64,000 bases of DNA from Selaginella moellendorffii (Eukaryota; Plantae; Lycopodiophyta), in assembly GCF_000143415.4 (NCBI RefSeq), contig NW_003314283.1:1047734-1111733 (forward strand). Reading direction: 5' to 3'. The position numbers were made by a program, and so were the translations under genes. Shown here in pieces: positions 1 to 12,978 of this stretch. The notes beneath the pieces were generated by a model. That model had not been told where the DNA came from. It did no database searches and saw only the letters and a list, made by a program, of their open reading frames with translations. Each line of letters opens with the position of its first letter. Position 1 is the first letter of the stretch.

Positions 1-1126
1 CATTTCCATCCGAGTCATGCATGTGTGGTTAGGTGTGGTATGCGTCAGGATGGGGTTTGACCATAGGGAGAAGGCGTTCATGTCCAGCCAGAGGGCCTTG
101 ATACTTAAGCCGGACGAGAAGTAACTGTGGGACTTGGCTGCTTGTGTTGCAGTTCTAGCTAGTGATAGCTGTGAAGGTGAAATGCTCTGGCAAAAGGCAG
201 GCAAACTCCACTTGTATGAATTGGGTACAAGGTGATCTACCATAGTAGCTATAAATTATAAAGAAAGAATAATCTTAATCCTTGTTTGTATAAACAATTG
301 ACATACTTTACTATTAGTAAAATATTGATTGCTTACTCAATTTCCTACCATAAAGGAAAATTAAAATTAAAAACCAATCCTCAAAATACAAACCTCATTT
401 TCAGTCTCTCTTGTGTCATTAAGATCAATTGTGTATTTTTGAAAGAAAAAAAGGAATCTCTCTCCTCTAAAAATAAAAAAAGAAATATCTTGAGTTTCAT
501 ATAAGTGCAACTTAAGTTGGCCATTTACAATGCTACACCAAAACATTTACCTCTAACAAGAATCATGAATGATGCACCTCATTGTAACCTAATAGTAACT
601 CAATCTAGCTATTTCTACATAAGTGTTGAGAAGATGAGGACTAGAAAACAAATTCTTTTTGCAACTTTGCACAGTAGAGGAAAAAGAATGGATTTAACTC
701 TAGAATGCAAAAAACACTAAACTTGTTTTTGAATGAAGTTTCTTAAACATGTTTGAAATTATCTGATGAAAAGAAGTATAAAACAAATATTTCCTGTCAA
801 GAATACATTTTTCCCACCAAAAGTTTTTCCCATCAAGAACATTCATCTCTTATTAAGAAATTCATCTATCTGGAAAATGTGTATTTATTAGGGTATTCAC
901 ACAATCTTATCCACGGATCATATAATAAATGTTGCTTATTTATAGGCTATTCATTCTTTATGACTTGCCATAAATTCCACTTGGGAACTCCCTCACAGTG
1001 TCCCATTCTTGTCCAGTGCTTTCTCCCAAGTAATCCAATTGTCTCCGGTATAGCCACTGTCATGATCTTATTCCTCTCTGCTGCGGTTTTTATTGCTCTC
1101 AAGTGATTCACAATGATTCATGATAG

Positions 1127-2616
1127 CTACTGCCAGCCACATGGTATGTGCAAATGCGATTCGTGCACCATCTCTCTACACCAATGATCAATTGCAGTGT
1201 AGGGAGCTTCCGACACGACACTTGCTTGCCAAGATCGCCACAGCATGCCGCAGTAGATCCAGGGCACCCATTGCAGGGGCTGCAGCTTAACACGTCCTGG
1301 GTGCTCTCGTGCAAACTCCTTGAGCAACGCAGGGATCTGTGGAGTAGCATCGTTGCTAGTGTAGACACACTTCAGCTCCACATCTGTGTCACTGCTTCTC
1401 TTCACCAGCTCACGAAGGAACTCCAGTTCCGGACCTGTTCTTTCCCAGATGTGCTTGCTGTAGACAAACTCGACTCTAACTGTCAAGGGGCTCTTCCTGC
1501 TGTTCCAATTTGCAACGTTGAGTTGCTGCATTTCGTCACACACACCGTGAGGCACTGGAACAAGAAAGCAAAAGCTTCACCTTGATACTTATGAAAGAGA
1601 CAATGAACTCCTCAAGCCCCTGGAACGGCTCCAGCAGGGCCACAAGATCAATAGAGCAGGGTGGAATGCCATCGTCAAAGATGCAGAAGTAGAACTTCTT
1701 CAGGCTCGACGTTCTACACAACGCTGCCTTGTCCATTACTTGGGTGGGGTTGCTAAACGGATTGAGGAAGATGATCTTTTTGAGCCTGGTGTAGCCCAGC
1801 CCCTGGATGTTCCACATGCTCTCTCTCACCCGGATCCACTCTACGTTGCATGTAACTCGATGTGCGGAGCAAAGAAGAACATCCACCGGAGCTTTGGTGT
1901 GTCAAGGGCAAGTGTAAAGTTGTCCACTCCACCACCCTCGCAGTGTTCCGACTGGCAGCTGTCGAGGCTGCGGCTCTTGAGCACGTAGGTACCTGCATAA
2001 ACATAAAATCACATATATGTGAGAAACAACAACAAATGCCCAGACTCGGTGAATCGGGCCAGCTCTACATACCGGGCGAGCTCACCACTATTGTATTCAT
2101 TCTCGCTGCAAGAAGCGAAGGGCAGAGCTCGAGCAGCTGCTGCAGCACACTCACGTTGACCGGTATGTGAAAGGTGAGGAAGAGGAGATTAGGCAGCAGC
2201 GGTGAAGGCAAGGCTGCATTGCCGAGCGTGGAGCCGAGTTGTGTGACGTAGACGTGGAGACAGCGGAGCTCCTGGCACGCAGAGATGTTGAACCAGAGGC
2301 CCTCGAACTTTTGCTGCGGACCTCCGTAGATGGTCACCGAGTGGAGCCCCTTCCCGATCTGGTGCAGCCAGCGAGTGCATTCTTGCTGGAACCGGATGGA
2401 TAACTGGCGAAGATTGTTGTGGCCAAACCAGCGGATGAGCCCCTGCTCCACATCATGACTCCTCGATTCCAAGCAATAGTGCGTGACAAGCCTTGCCAGG
2501 TGCGCAAACCTCTTGCTTACCAGAGACGAGGGATTCAAGTCGCGGGACCAGGCGAGGAGAGACATGATCCGAATGAGGACCTCATCCGGAAGATCGTCAA
2601 GGTACTGCCTTCGCAT
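1127..2616 (-). CDS. F-box/LRR-like protein (multi-exon; 3' end may be degraded)
   Basis: N-terminal F-box motif YLDDLPDEVLIRIMSLL..DLNPSSLVSKRF followed by LRR-like segments (ACQELRCLHV, LPNLLFLTF, FQGLEEFIV). GT..AG intron at about 2070-1995. Coding-like sequence continues past the stop toward about 950 with stops/frameshifts. Confidence 0.7.
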
Positions 2617-3344
2617 CACCAAAGTCTAGACCGAACTTTTCGATGTTTACTTGAGAAGGTCGCGCGCTCTTTAGGAGCGGCAAACGCGCGATAGAGAGGC
2701 GGGGAGGAGAGCGCGGGAGGCTGTTTCTCGTTTGATGATCGAGTCTTTTCCAGCTCCATAGCCACGGAGAAGATGCCAAGGCTCCAATCGACCACGTACG
2801 ATCTGGTGGGATCTCTACTCTTCTGGAGCGTTAACACGGCGTCGACTTTCATTTCTATCAAAACAATTCTAGCAAAACACAGATGATCACCAGTCCAGGT
2901 CCTTGTAGAAAAGGATCCAGTAGCTACTGTCACCACCGTCGGGCGCACCGCCACCATTGCCCCCACTGTCCGCGAGGGCGTGTCCCAGGACGACATTGGC
3001 GATCCGGTGGCCGATGACGATGAGGACGTGTTCCAGTCCCACGAAGACATCGGAGATGGAGGGGCGCTACCATGAGCAGCAGGAGGAGCGCCACCTTCCG
3101 CAGCAGTGGCCGATGGAGGAGCGCCACCGTGAGCAGCAGGAGAAACACCACCGTCCGCAGCAGTGGCCGATGGAGGAGTGCCACCCTGATGAGCGCCAAC
3201 AGCAGGAGCACCACCACCAGCAGCAAGAGGAGCGCCACCGTGGTTGGCATCTGGGGCCGCCTGCTGTGTAATGACCAGGGTCTGGCTATGCCAGATCCTC
3301 TGTTCTTGGCCTCCCTGGATCACAGCGTGCTCCGACTGCTCCAC
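2616..3344 (-). CDS. Unknown ORF with Ala/Gly/Pro-rich repeats (AHGGAPPSATAA) and a non-repetitive C-terminal part; start uncertain
   Basis: 242-codon open frame preceded by a likely intron (GTATGT at about 3558 to TTCTCAG at about 3347). Its TGA overlaps the F-box ATG. Confidence 0.4.
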   Translation of the reverse strand: MEQSEHAVIQGGQEQRIWHSQTLVITQQAAPDANHGGAPLAAGGGAPAVGAHQGGTPPSATAADGGVSPAAHGGAPPSATAAEGGAPPAAHGSAPPSPMSSWDWNTSSSSSATGSPMSSWDTPSRTVGAMVAVRPTVVTVATGSFSTRTWTGDHLCFARIVLIEMKVDAVLTLQKSRDPTRSYVVDWSLGIFSVAMELEKTRSSNEKQPPALSSPPLYRAFAAPKERATFSSKHRKVRSRLW

Positions 3345-3980
3345 ATCTGAGAATACAAACCCCAGGATCTATGAGAAAGGAAGAAGCAACAAAGACAAAT
3401 CAACAAACGAGTGAAGCTTGTTTCCCATCCCCGCGATCCGAAGTTCCTGGCAAAACCAAAGCCGAGGGAAGGGCGGAAGAGCCGAGAGAAAGCCATAGCC
3501 AAGCCAAGAAAACCAGAACGAGAGACAACCGGGAGAGAAAAAACCGAGAGGATACATACCTTTTATTCTTGATAAACAATAATGAGTAGTAACCCTAAAG
3601 CCTCTCACCCCAGCTGTTCATATCTTGATTCATGATTATCCTTGCGAGCAAGAAGTTTCTAGCTGTGTGACAGTGCCTTTTCTCTGGATCACCGCACCAT
3701 GCAGCGATCCATCTCAATATCATGATTGCATTGAAACAAATTTGATCGATCGACGCAGAACGGGAAATCTGACCTTGCGAACGTACTCAAATATATTTTC
3801 CCAATCCTATAGTCCTACTACGCCGTTAAATCGTTTGAAAATGGGACTATTTGGTCTTGCGAATATTCTACGTTCTTTTGAAAACCATTGGTTCTTCGGC
3901 TATGAGATACCCGCATATTCTTCTTTCTTCTTCCTTTAAAAGCGAAGAGCTTGCGCAATCGATCGCTATCGAATCGTCGA

Positions 3981-4495
3981 TTAGAGCAAGAACATTCCAA
4001 ACACGACGCCGACACCAAAGACATTGCCATCGTTGTAGGTCGCCTCCGCGTAATCGTCAGTCTCGAGATCCCAGAAGCATCGCGACGCCATTTGCATGCT
4101 CTGCCCTCTCACCTCGCCGATCACCACCTGGACGACGAGCTTGTACCTCTCGAATTCCAGATCTGGCTGAATTCTTATCGAATTACTCTTGATCAGCTCT
4201 GAAGAGATACCTTTGAGGTCCGATTTGATGGAATCGGCGAGATCCCTGGCAACGCCCGGAGATGTCTCAGGATCATACACCAGGCCCTTCAATTTCTCTT
4301 TCAGCACTGCTGCGATCGTGTCTCTCACCTGTCCAACACGGAACTTCTTCTTTGGCGCGTAGGGAAGAGGGCTTTCGATAATGACCTGCAGAGGATGATC
4401 ACGCAAGAATCAGTTGCGATGGAGATGATCTGGAAGATCGATTTCACCCGTTTCTTCTTGTCGGCGTCCTCGGGGAGTGTCTCCAATGCCGCCAT
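3981..4495 (-). CDS. Tctex-1 family dynein light chain
   Basis: Exons 4495-4448, 4385-4211, 4162-3981 with GT-AG introns. Tctex signature ERYKLVVQVVIGEVRGQSMQMASRCFWDLETDDYAEATYNDGNVFGVGVVFG. Confidence 0.92.
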
Positions 4496-4613
4496 TTTGA
4501 TCGCCCAAGAACCCTAGATTCCCAGTTAAGTGCCACGTCATTCACTACCCGTTCGTATCGTCCTAGTCAGCAGGCGAGGTTTAGGGTTCAGGGCTTTTGA
4601 AAATCTTCTTGCG

Positions 4614-6363
4614 ATGTCGCTGCTCGAGGCGTCCATTCTCGAGAAGCTGGAGCTAGGGCGCGATCTCCCGATCGCGGAATGGGAGCGCCTCGACGGCGAG
4701 CGCTGCGCTCAGGAGCAAGCGATGCTCGCGGCGGAGCGCGATCGGCTTCGCTTGTCGCTTCAATCCGCGGATCCGGCGCTTGCCCTGGCCGCCGACAAGA
4801 ATCTGGAGTTCTGCGCGAATGCCGTGGCGCAGGTAACGATATTTCTAGCTAGATATTTGCTGATCTGCGAGTTCTTTCTCTAAAATTCCTCTCAAGATGA
4901 GGAGAGACGATGTCGAGCTTAGAAGGCTTCTCGAGGTCGCCAAAACTTACTCGAAGCAACTTAACGATGTGGAGACGCTGAAGAAGGCAAATGTGCTGCT
5001 TGAAACCTCTCAGGTATCCAAAACTTTCCTTTGTGTGTGGGAGAAAGAAAAAAAACTACGTCTTTCTCATACCTGGCAGGCAAGCATGGCTTCGCAAATC
5101 CAAGCCTTGAAGCTCGAAGTGCGTGGACTGAAAGCCAGGGCTGTGGGAAAATCGGCGAACTTGGCCAGTCCACAGATATTTGTCATGGGTGGCTACGATG
5201 ATACTGCTCTCGTGACAGCTGCGGAAGTATACTCGTTTAAATCATCGCAGTTCACGCCATCTTGCTCCATGCTCTTCCCGCGATCTTCCGCCGCGTCGAG
5301 CGTTTTGGACGATCGCATTTACGTGTTTGGTGGTGGAGATGGGAAGAACTGGTTCGACACAAGTAAGAATGCTCCTTTCATTGAATCTCTGGTCTTCTCA
5401 TGCGATGGTATCTTGTACTAACTCAGCTGAGCGTTACGACTCTATCAGTAATAGCTGGAGCAAATGCAGCTCGATGAAATACAAGCGTGGTAACTTAGCA
5501 GGAGCAACAGTCGGTGGTAAAGTGTATGCTCTTGGCGGCGGTAACGGTAAAGCCCAGTTTTCTCAAGTGGAATGTTACGACGCCCACCTTGGTGCTTGGA
5601 CGTCTTCTCCGAGCATGCTCGAAAAGGTAACGACGTTATTTTCTTTCTCGTTTTGTTTTTTTTTTGCATTTACTCTCTGCATTGCAGCGTTACATGGTAG
5701 CAGCTGCTGAGATTGGTGGAGCTTTGTATGCTCTGGGCGGCTTTGACGGTAGACATTATCTCAGGTATACTCGTAGTCTTTTCTAAGCTTTTGGTTGCTA
5801 AAGATGGTGCATTGATTAGGACTATGGAGCGCTTTGATCCTCGTGAATCTGTCTGGACGAAGATGCCATCGATGACGTCCAAGAGAGGCAGCTTATCCGC
5901 GGCTGTCTTAAATGGGAGACTGTGAGTATTTGTCCACCTCGTCCAGCTTCTAGTCAGAATTAGAAGACATGTTTCTGCAGGTATGCGCTAGGAGGTTTCG
6001 ATGGTTCTGTATTTCTTTCGACCGTCGAGGCTTTTGATCCCCGTGCCGACCGCTGGGAAACGGTAAGTCACTGAATCATGTTTCGTTTTATCGTTTATCT
6101 GACAACGTCGAAACAGGTTCGACCCATGGGGTGCGCAAGAGCTTACGGTACTGCAGTCACTGTCAATGGCGCCATCCACGTTATCGGTGGACTGCAAACA
6201 ATGAATGTTCTTTGTGATACTGTATGATTTTCTTGATTCTCTTACAATGTACTACCAAGCTATTTTTTTGTTGCAGTGCTACGTGTACGGAGAGGAATCG
6301 GGCTGGAAGAAGTTCGGACCATCCGGATGGAAGCGCAGCTTTCTCACCGCAGCAGTACTATAG
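4614..6363 (+). CDS. Coiled-coil + Kelch-repeat protein
   Basis: Repeated Kelch motifs (IFVMGGYD, IYVFGGGDG, VYALGGGNG, LYALGGFDG, MERFDPRESVW..MPSMTSKRG) after an N-terminal helical region. Short GT-AG introns; TAG at 6361-6363. Confidence 0.88.
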
Positions 6364-6697
6364 GCAAGATTGATGCCATGCATCTCTGGTACATAACTTA
6401 CATAATCTAAATGATGGTTTTAAAACGTTTGTCTGGTTTCTCATGCACGAGGTCCAGGCAGGGCGATAAGTCTGGGCGAGTTGGTGAAAGTGTTATGATG
6501 ATCCTGTAAGCAAACAAAAGAACAGTTTCGTTGAAACGAATCCAGCTGGGGCATAGCTATGAGAATCCGAGTACAAGCAGATGCTCCGAAAGTCGCATTG
6601 CGTTCTCTCGATTCAGCGCGAGCGAGCTATAAATTTCGGTCAGGCTTTCACTTCTTTCTCATCACTAACTCGCATCCCTGCAGCTCTTGCCACCACC

Positions 6698-7642
6698 ATG
6701 GCTGCCACCCGTTCGGCGACGATGATCCTCAGCGCTGTTCTATTAGCAGCATTGCTCTTCACCTCCTCCGTGTGCGCTCACCACCATCACCACCGAAAGT
6801 TTAAAGCATCCGGCTTCTTTTCCGCTCCGACAAAAGACTATCAAGGTGGTGGCTCAGGATACGCAGGCTTTGGTGATGGCTCTGGTTCCGGCTCTGGAGA
6901 AGGAAGCGGATCCGGCTCTGGATCATCGTCACCGGTATATGGAGGAATTCCAGGTGGTGCTGGCTCTGGTTCTGGAGCTGGCTCGGGCTCTGGGATGGGG
7001 AGTGGCTCCGGCTCTGGGAGCGGCTATGGAAGTGGTGGCCCAGCGAGTGGAGGCGGCACGGGTTCTGGCTCTGGCTCCGGTTCTGGAAGTGGCTCGGGTT
7101 CTGGCTCTGGAAGTGGTGGAAGTCCGGGATATGGTTCTTCGCCTGGCAGTGGCTCCGGCTCTGGACAAGGCAGCGGCTCGGGCTCGGGCTCTGGAATGGG
7201 ATCGGGATCCGGGAGTGGTGGCTCGTATGGAAGTGGCTCTGGACAAGGTAGTGGGAGTGGTTCTGGCTCCGGCTCTGGAAGTGGCTCTGGAGGAAGTGGA
7301 GGTGGAAGTCCATACTATGGAGGAATTCCTGGAAGTGGCTCGGGCTCGGGCTCGGGCTCCGGCTCCGGCTCTGGTTCTGGTTCTGGCTCTGGAAGCGGTT
7401 CTGGAGGAAGTGGAAGTCCATACTATGGTGGAATTCCTGGAAGTGGCACTGGAAGTGGTAGTGGAAGTGGAAGCGGGAATGGAAGTGGCGCAGGATCTTC
7501 TCCAAGTGGAACTCTTCCATGCAGTCCACCACCTTATTACGGTAGCACTCCAGGTTCTGGAGAAGGGAGTGGGGGTGGAAGTGGCTCAGGATCTGGGTCT
7601 GGCTATGTGCCCAGTCCTCCATATTATGGTGGTGGCTATTAG
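6698..7642 (+). CDS. Secreted Gly/Ser-rich cell-wall structural protein
   Basis: Signal peptide [27 protein letters not shown], His5, (GS)n runs and SPYYGG/PPYYG motifs. TATA-like CTATAAAT at about 6627. Confidence 0.85.
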   Translation: MAATRSATMILSAVLLAALLFTSSVCAHHHHHRKFKASGFFSAPTKDYQGGGSGYAGFGDGSGSGSGEGSGSGSGSSSPVYGGIPGGAGSGSGAGSGSGMGSGSGSGSGYGSGGPASGGGTGSGSGSGSGSGSGSGSGSGGSPGYGSSPGSGSGSGQGSGSGSGSGMGSGSGSGGSYGSGSGQGSGSGSGSGSGSGSGGSGGGSPYYGGIPGSGSGSGSGSGSGSGSGSGSGSGSGGSGSPYYGGIPGSGTGSGSGSGSGNGSGAGSSPSGTLPCSPPPYYGSTPGSGEGSGGGSGSGSGSGYVPSPPYYGGGY

Positions 7643-7649
7643 ATTTTGA

Positions 7650-10600
7650 CCACTACTATAAAATAATTTGTATCTATAAATTTGAATTTGAATATAACCA
7701 TTTCTAATTTATATAAAATAAAATAGTAAGTCACTTAAAACCAAGCAAATTTTGCAGCTATAATAAATATTATTTAAGACACCAGAATTTTAAATTATCC
7801 ATTAAGATAATGTATTAAAAAAAATACTATATACATAGATTAGTTTTAGTTTTAAAATAACAATATTCAGCTATATATTAATTAGCTATCTTGTACCATA
7901 TTGACCTTATATATAGTTTATTCTATTGATTCAACAAGTTCAACTAGAAAGTTCCACCTTTGACATCCTCCACACTACAATGACAATTGTAAAGACAATC
8001 ACATAAAAATAAACAATGGCTCCAAATAAACAAAATGGTAGACCATTTAGAGATGCCCTAGAATACTAGATGCCTAGACAATCTTCTAGCTACTGTAGAA
8101 GCTACAAAATCTTCATCATCTCCTTGAGGTCATTTCTCTTCAAAAGATATCATAAAATGAGTACTTGAGATAAATATGTAAAAGGAAACTAATTACATTA
8201 TGGACTTGTTGTTGCTATAAGAAAGAGATTAAGGTAAAGTAGCATTGAAAGATCCTTGGCAGGCAACACTAACAAAAGCTAGACAAACAAAAACCATAAT
8301 GCACTTTGATCATTGCTTGTTGTTATTTAATTGAGGATTTAATTCTTAATTTTCTTCCAGCAACAACATGTTGTTGCATTATATATTACTAACTTTGGTA
8401 AAAAAGTATTAAGTATAAGTAAATTAAAAGTTATTTATTGTAAAACAGCACCATAATAATAAAATCTGAAGCACAGTATTTTTAAAGTTCATTATTTTCT
8501 TGCCAAAAATTAGATTGATAAGTAAATTAATGATTCATATTTTAGCAATCAAATCATTTCAAGATGAACTTAACTTGTTCACCGAGTTTAAATAGTGTGT
8601 TCCCTAACTATTTATGGTAGGTCTGATATTATTTTATCAAAACTTATAAAATGTTTCTTAAATTTTCTATACTCCAACACACTCTGCTAGTTGCTAAAAG
8701 GTATCATAGTGAAATAAAATTTTAAATTTATGACTAGCTAATTGTAAGAAATAATGAACAAATTATTATATTTTTAGCATATATTATTATACAATTCCCT
8801 CTCCTGTACATCAAAAGGAATTAAAATTTTAAAAAGGAGAACATAAAAGAACAAATGGCCTTTATATATGAGTTTTACGAACTTGATATATTTTAATTCT
8901 ATTTCAAGTCAAGTGTAAAAAATACTTTAGTATAAATGTATGATAGTTTATATTATAAACCAAAACATTGTTCTCTACACTTGTTTGTTTTTTCACAATA
9001 TCTCTAAAATGTGATATTTTTATATTAGTAAGAATATTAGTTTTAATGGTGCAAGGTGGACTTAAAACTATGTGTGGGTGTTAGTTGTAGTATTAGAGGC
9101 ACTAAAACTATCCTTTCAGAATTCCATGTGATAATAAATCCTCTTGAATTTGTAGGAGAATAGATAGAAAAATATAATAAAAGCTTAATAATAAATTGTT
9201 CACTCCTATTTAATTCAGCGTATTTTTATTTAAAATTAAATGAGATTGTTTTTTTTATATAAAAGATTCCACCAAAAATCCAGTTAATATTCCAGAGATT
9301 TTTATTAAGCTATTATTTTACAGCTATTAAGTTTTAAGTTTTAGTTTTAAGCTATTATTTCTTTTAGGAAACTCATACTCAATTGACACTTATTACTCCC
9401 AGAGGATTTTGAAGTCAGTCAACACCCATAAGAGTACTCCCCAAACTGAAAAGGATTCCACTCATGACCAATGATTGCAAACAAGTCCGTAGCCCCAATC
9501 TCTCTTGCCTTGGGAAAACCAACACAGCTAACCATGCTCTTTAGCAACATCATTTTCATGACTGATGCATGCATACATGGCAGCAAAGTGATAGTAGTGT
9601 GCTGTCTGTTCACACTTGTTATCAAGATGACGAAGGAGATATCTGTTAGGATTCTATCCCTTACACAATTAGTTAAAGGGGTGATCATTTGATTATAAGG
9701 CCCTTTGTTTATCCTATTATCTTGACTTAGTGCCTAACAATCCTTCTTTCGTCAAAGAATAATCGTCCGCGATCATACTTAAGCCATAGTCCTTCTTTTA
9801 GGGTCTACCAGACTTTGTATCCACCATATTGAATATTCCTTTAGAATATTCTTACCCCACTTGTCAGCAACAAGAATTGAACTGCTCTAATACTAATGTT
9901 AGGATTGTTAGGTTTTTTTCCCTTGCCCTAACATGCCTTAATATACCTTTATACATTCTTTTGACCGATGTTGACCACGTGGTCAAAGCTAATGCCTAAC
10001 AATACCTGGGATTTTCTTCCTCTTCCTCCTCTTGCACTTCATTCCCTTCCAGATCACTCGCTTCCTTCGTAATTTCACCCTTGGATATGAAGATTGATAG
10101 TTCTCATCGTTACATTTCTCAAACATGTAAAAAATGTGATAGAGATTATAAGTGAGGTTTAAGACACTTGACAACCAATTTAGCAATCCACTATCATGAA
10201 TGAGTTATCAAAGAATTAGGGCAGAATGAGAGAAATGACGTTGACTGTAAAGGACATCTATGATTTAGTTGATTTTGAAGAACACTTAAGCCCACACAGA
10301 AGGGAATTCCAGATTAGAAGAAGCAATAATGAATTTGCAAAAGCAATTAGGATTAAGGCTTATCTCCACATAAGAATATAATTCTCACTTTTTATCTTAA
10401 CTTTTATAATGTGTTGTCTTTGTAAGTGTATAATAAGCACCTCTATGACTTTGAGGTGACTTGGGAACTTATGAAAAAAAATTATGCTAAAATTGTTCAC
10501 AAGAAGGAGGTTGATTACCAAATTCTAAGGGCATAAACAACAATTTTTGCTAATTATAACAAAAAACAACTTCTGGTCAATGAGGAGAAGATGCCTCTCT

Positions 10601-12250
10601 CAATGGCCAAATTAGTGGTATTCAAGCCCAAGGCAAAGTGCTTTGCAATTCCCACCAAGTGGGAAATTCCTCATGGCTTGTTTCATAGTCATGAAATCAT
10701 CATGATTATAGTTGTGGACCTCTTATATCTCAATCTACCACTAGGCATGCCATAGGGATTATAAACAAAGTTTGGAAGGACAACACAGTCCAAAAGGAGT
10801 GTGCTAAGAAGGTGGTATTTACCTTGAGAGATCTTATATGAGACATAGTGATGGAAGGTAGTGGCATGTCTTATAAAATGCAAGCACTAAAGAGCATTAC
10901 CAAACTTGCTTACAATTTTTATGAACTTGTGTTCTTCCCTAACTACACACCATTTACTAGAATTCTTCATTTGAACAAAACTAAGGAAACCATTATTTTG
11001 TTTATCTATGACAAGACAAACCATTATTCTGTTTATCTATGATGAGACATAGTGATGGAAGGCAGTGGTATATATTGTGTGTTGTCTTTATAATGTGACC
11101 TTGTTTAGTGGTTGTAAATGAAAATATGATGTTACAATTTTACAAAATTTCTTATTTTATATTTATACTATTGTAACATTGTTCAATTTTTATTCTCACA
11201 TCAATTTTATTTCACTGTTTTCAAATGTTACTTCAAGTTTCCATTCATAATTTTACTCAAAAATATTGGAAGGAACCATAAGGATCTTATATTCTTTTGC
11301 TTTGTAACTTTTGAAAGAACCAATAAGTAAACAAAAGCAAAACTTGATATACACATTTAATGTCCATGCTTAAAAAAGCTTGGAAATGATAAATTCATAT
11401 CTTAAATTACCACTTCTAATATGGAAGAGAGTTTGTCATTGCTTTTGAGGTAGTAAAAACCTTTTGAAATATATTAAAACATAGTGTATACATCACATAA
11501 AAACAAAATACAAGGCCATATCAGACTTGAAAATGAACTTAGTTGAAACATTCAAAGGAGAAAATGACAAAGGCATCACACCTGTACAAATGATAAACCT
11601 CCAAGAAACATAAACAAATGTTCTAGCAAACATGGGATTTTGAAAGAAGTGTCCAGGAGTAAATATGCAAAATCATAAAATCAACAAGAAATTACTTCTT
11701 TCTATTGAACAAATGTCTCCAATCTAGAGATTTCTGGTGCCACCTTATGGAAAAATGGGTAGATATGCTTACAAAGAGAGCAATAAATTGGTAGTCTATA
11801 AATCTGTTTTACTGTTGTACTTGTCTTTGTTTAAGATTTTCTCATTAGACTTAAAACCCTCCCTCCACAAACATTGCAAATGGTGGCAATATATCCTCAA
11901 ATTTCTCAAGAAACTGAAATAAGAGTAGTCAAATGCCACCATGTTAGCCTTTGCATACTACAAATTGAGCAAACCTCAGCACCATCAAATTGATTTTTAT
12001 CACCTTCACATAGACTTCACCTGACTAGTTCATTCAGTCCAAACCTCCTTGAAAAAACAAAGAGAACTCTGTCCCTTGTGCCTGGTTGGCCCCACTCTCT
12101 CCTTCATCCCCAGACCCTGGTTCATGCTTGATTCTTCTTGAAATATTGATCAATTTGCCTCAGATTCTTCCACTATCAATTGATCTACCTTGCATTCTCC
12201 CACGGCCTCCAAGTACCATGGCCTAGGTGCTTGAATTCTATCCAACTCTC
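7650..12250. other. AT-rich, gene-poor tract, probably decayed repeats
   Basis: Abrupt GC drop, no credible ORF, short local direct repeats (ATGAGACATAGTGATGGAAGG at about 10838 and about 11042). Confidence 0.5.
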
Positions 12251-12978
12251 TAGATTCACATTTATGCAAGGCGACCACTCTCTCCTCTCTTCTATTTACC
12301 TTTCTCATTGTGATCCGATGATCGGCGCCTTGCTCCACGCCCTTCTTCCAATAGTTTTCCACAACATACCCAACCTTGGAAATGCGCCAGGCCCCCTATG
12401 GGGTGAACGATGCAAGCCACGGACACGGTGAAAGGACTGGTAGAAAGAAGCAGCAACAACGAGACCGGGTTTGAAAAGAGGAAAGACGTTTAGAGATGGC
12501 ACCACTGAAGCCTGCCATTGATGAGAACCGCGGTGTTGAAGAATGTGGCACTGATGCAAATTGCTAGACACACCTGCAAAAAAACAGTATAGAAACGTCT
12601 CAGCAAAAGAAGAAGGAAGGACTTTCAAGCTCAAAAAACACTCTTTTGTGGACCAACTGAACGAAACGCGAGAAAATGAAACTACACTTGAAAAAAAAAC
12701 TGATTTTTACCTCAGGAAATGAGAAAAGAACCTGGAAAGAACCTGCAACGCAAACTTATCTCTAGACGAGCCAAAGAACTCCATATCCGAGGAATGAAGA
12801 GGATGACCCATGCATGGAGGGAGCTCGTTGGAGGATAGCCAGTGATGAGCCCCACATTCTCGTCGATGTCCTTGACCACGCCCAGATTGTTGAGCTCAAT
12901 CGGCGAGTAGTGGAGGACCGCCGAACGCGTAGTGACTGACGTGGGGGGTTCTTTGGTAATCGCGAAGAATCGATCAAA

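Noticed and set aside
6801-7649. Alternative-frame and antisense ORFs over the Gly-rich gene (likewise 19679-20441 over the AGP-like gene)
   Set aside because: Low-complexity codon repeats lacking stops; only one frame has a signal peptide and coherent composition.
9419-9688. ORF with PCMHASVMKMM resembling the Atg3/Atg10 HPCxHAxVMK motif
   Set aside because: The His before PC is missing, there is no flanking similarity, and the context is decayed and AT-rich.
12300-12960. GC-richer coding-like fragments on the minus strand, faintly MFS-transporter-like
   Set aside because: Frameshifted and too short to assign; possibly another relic.
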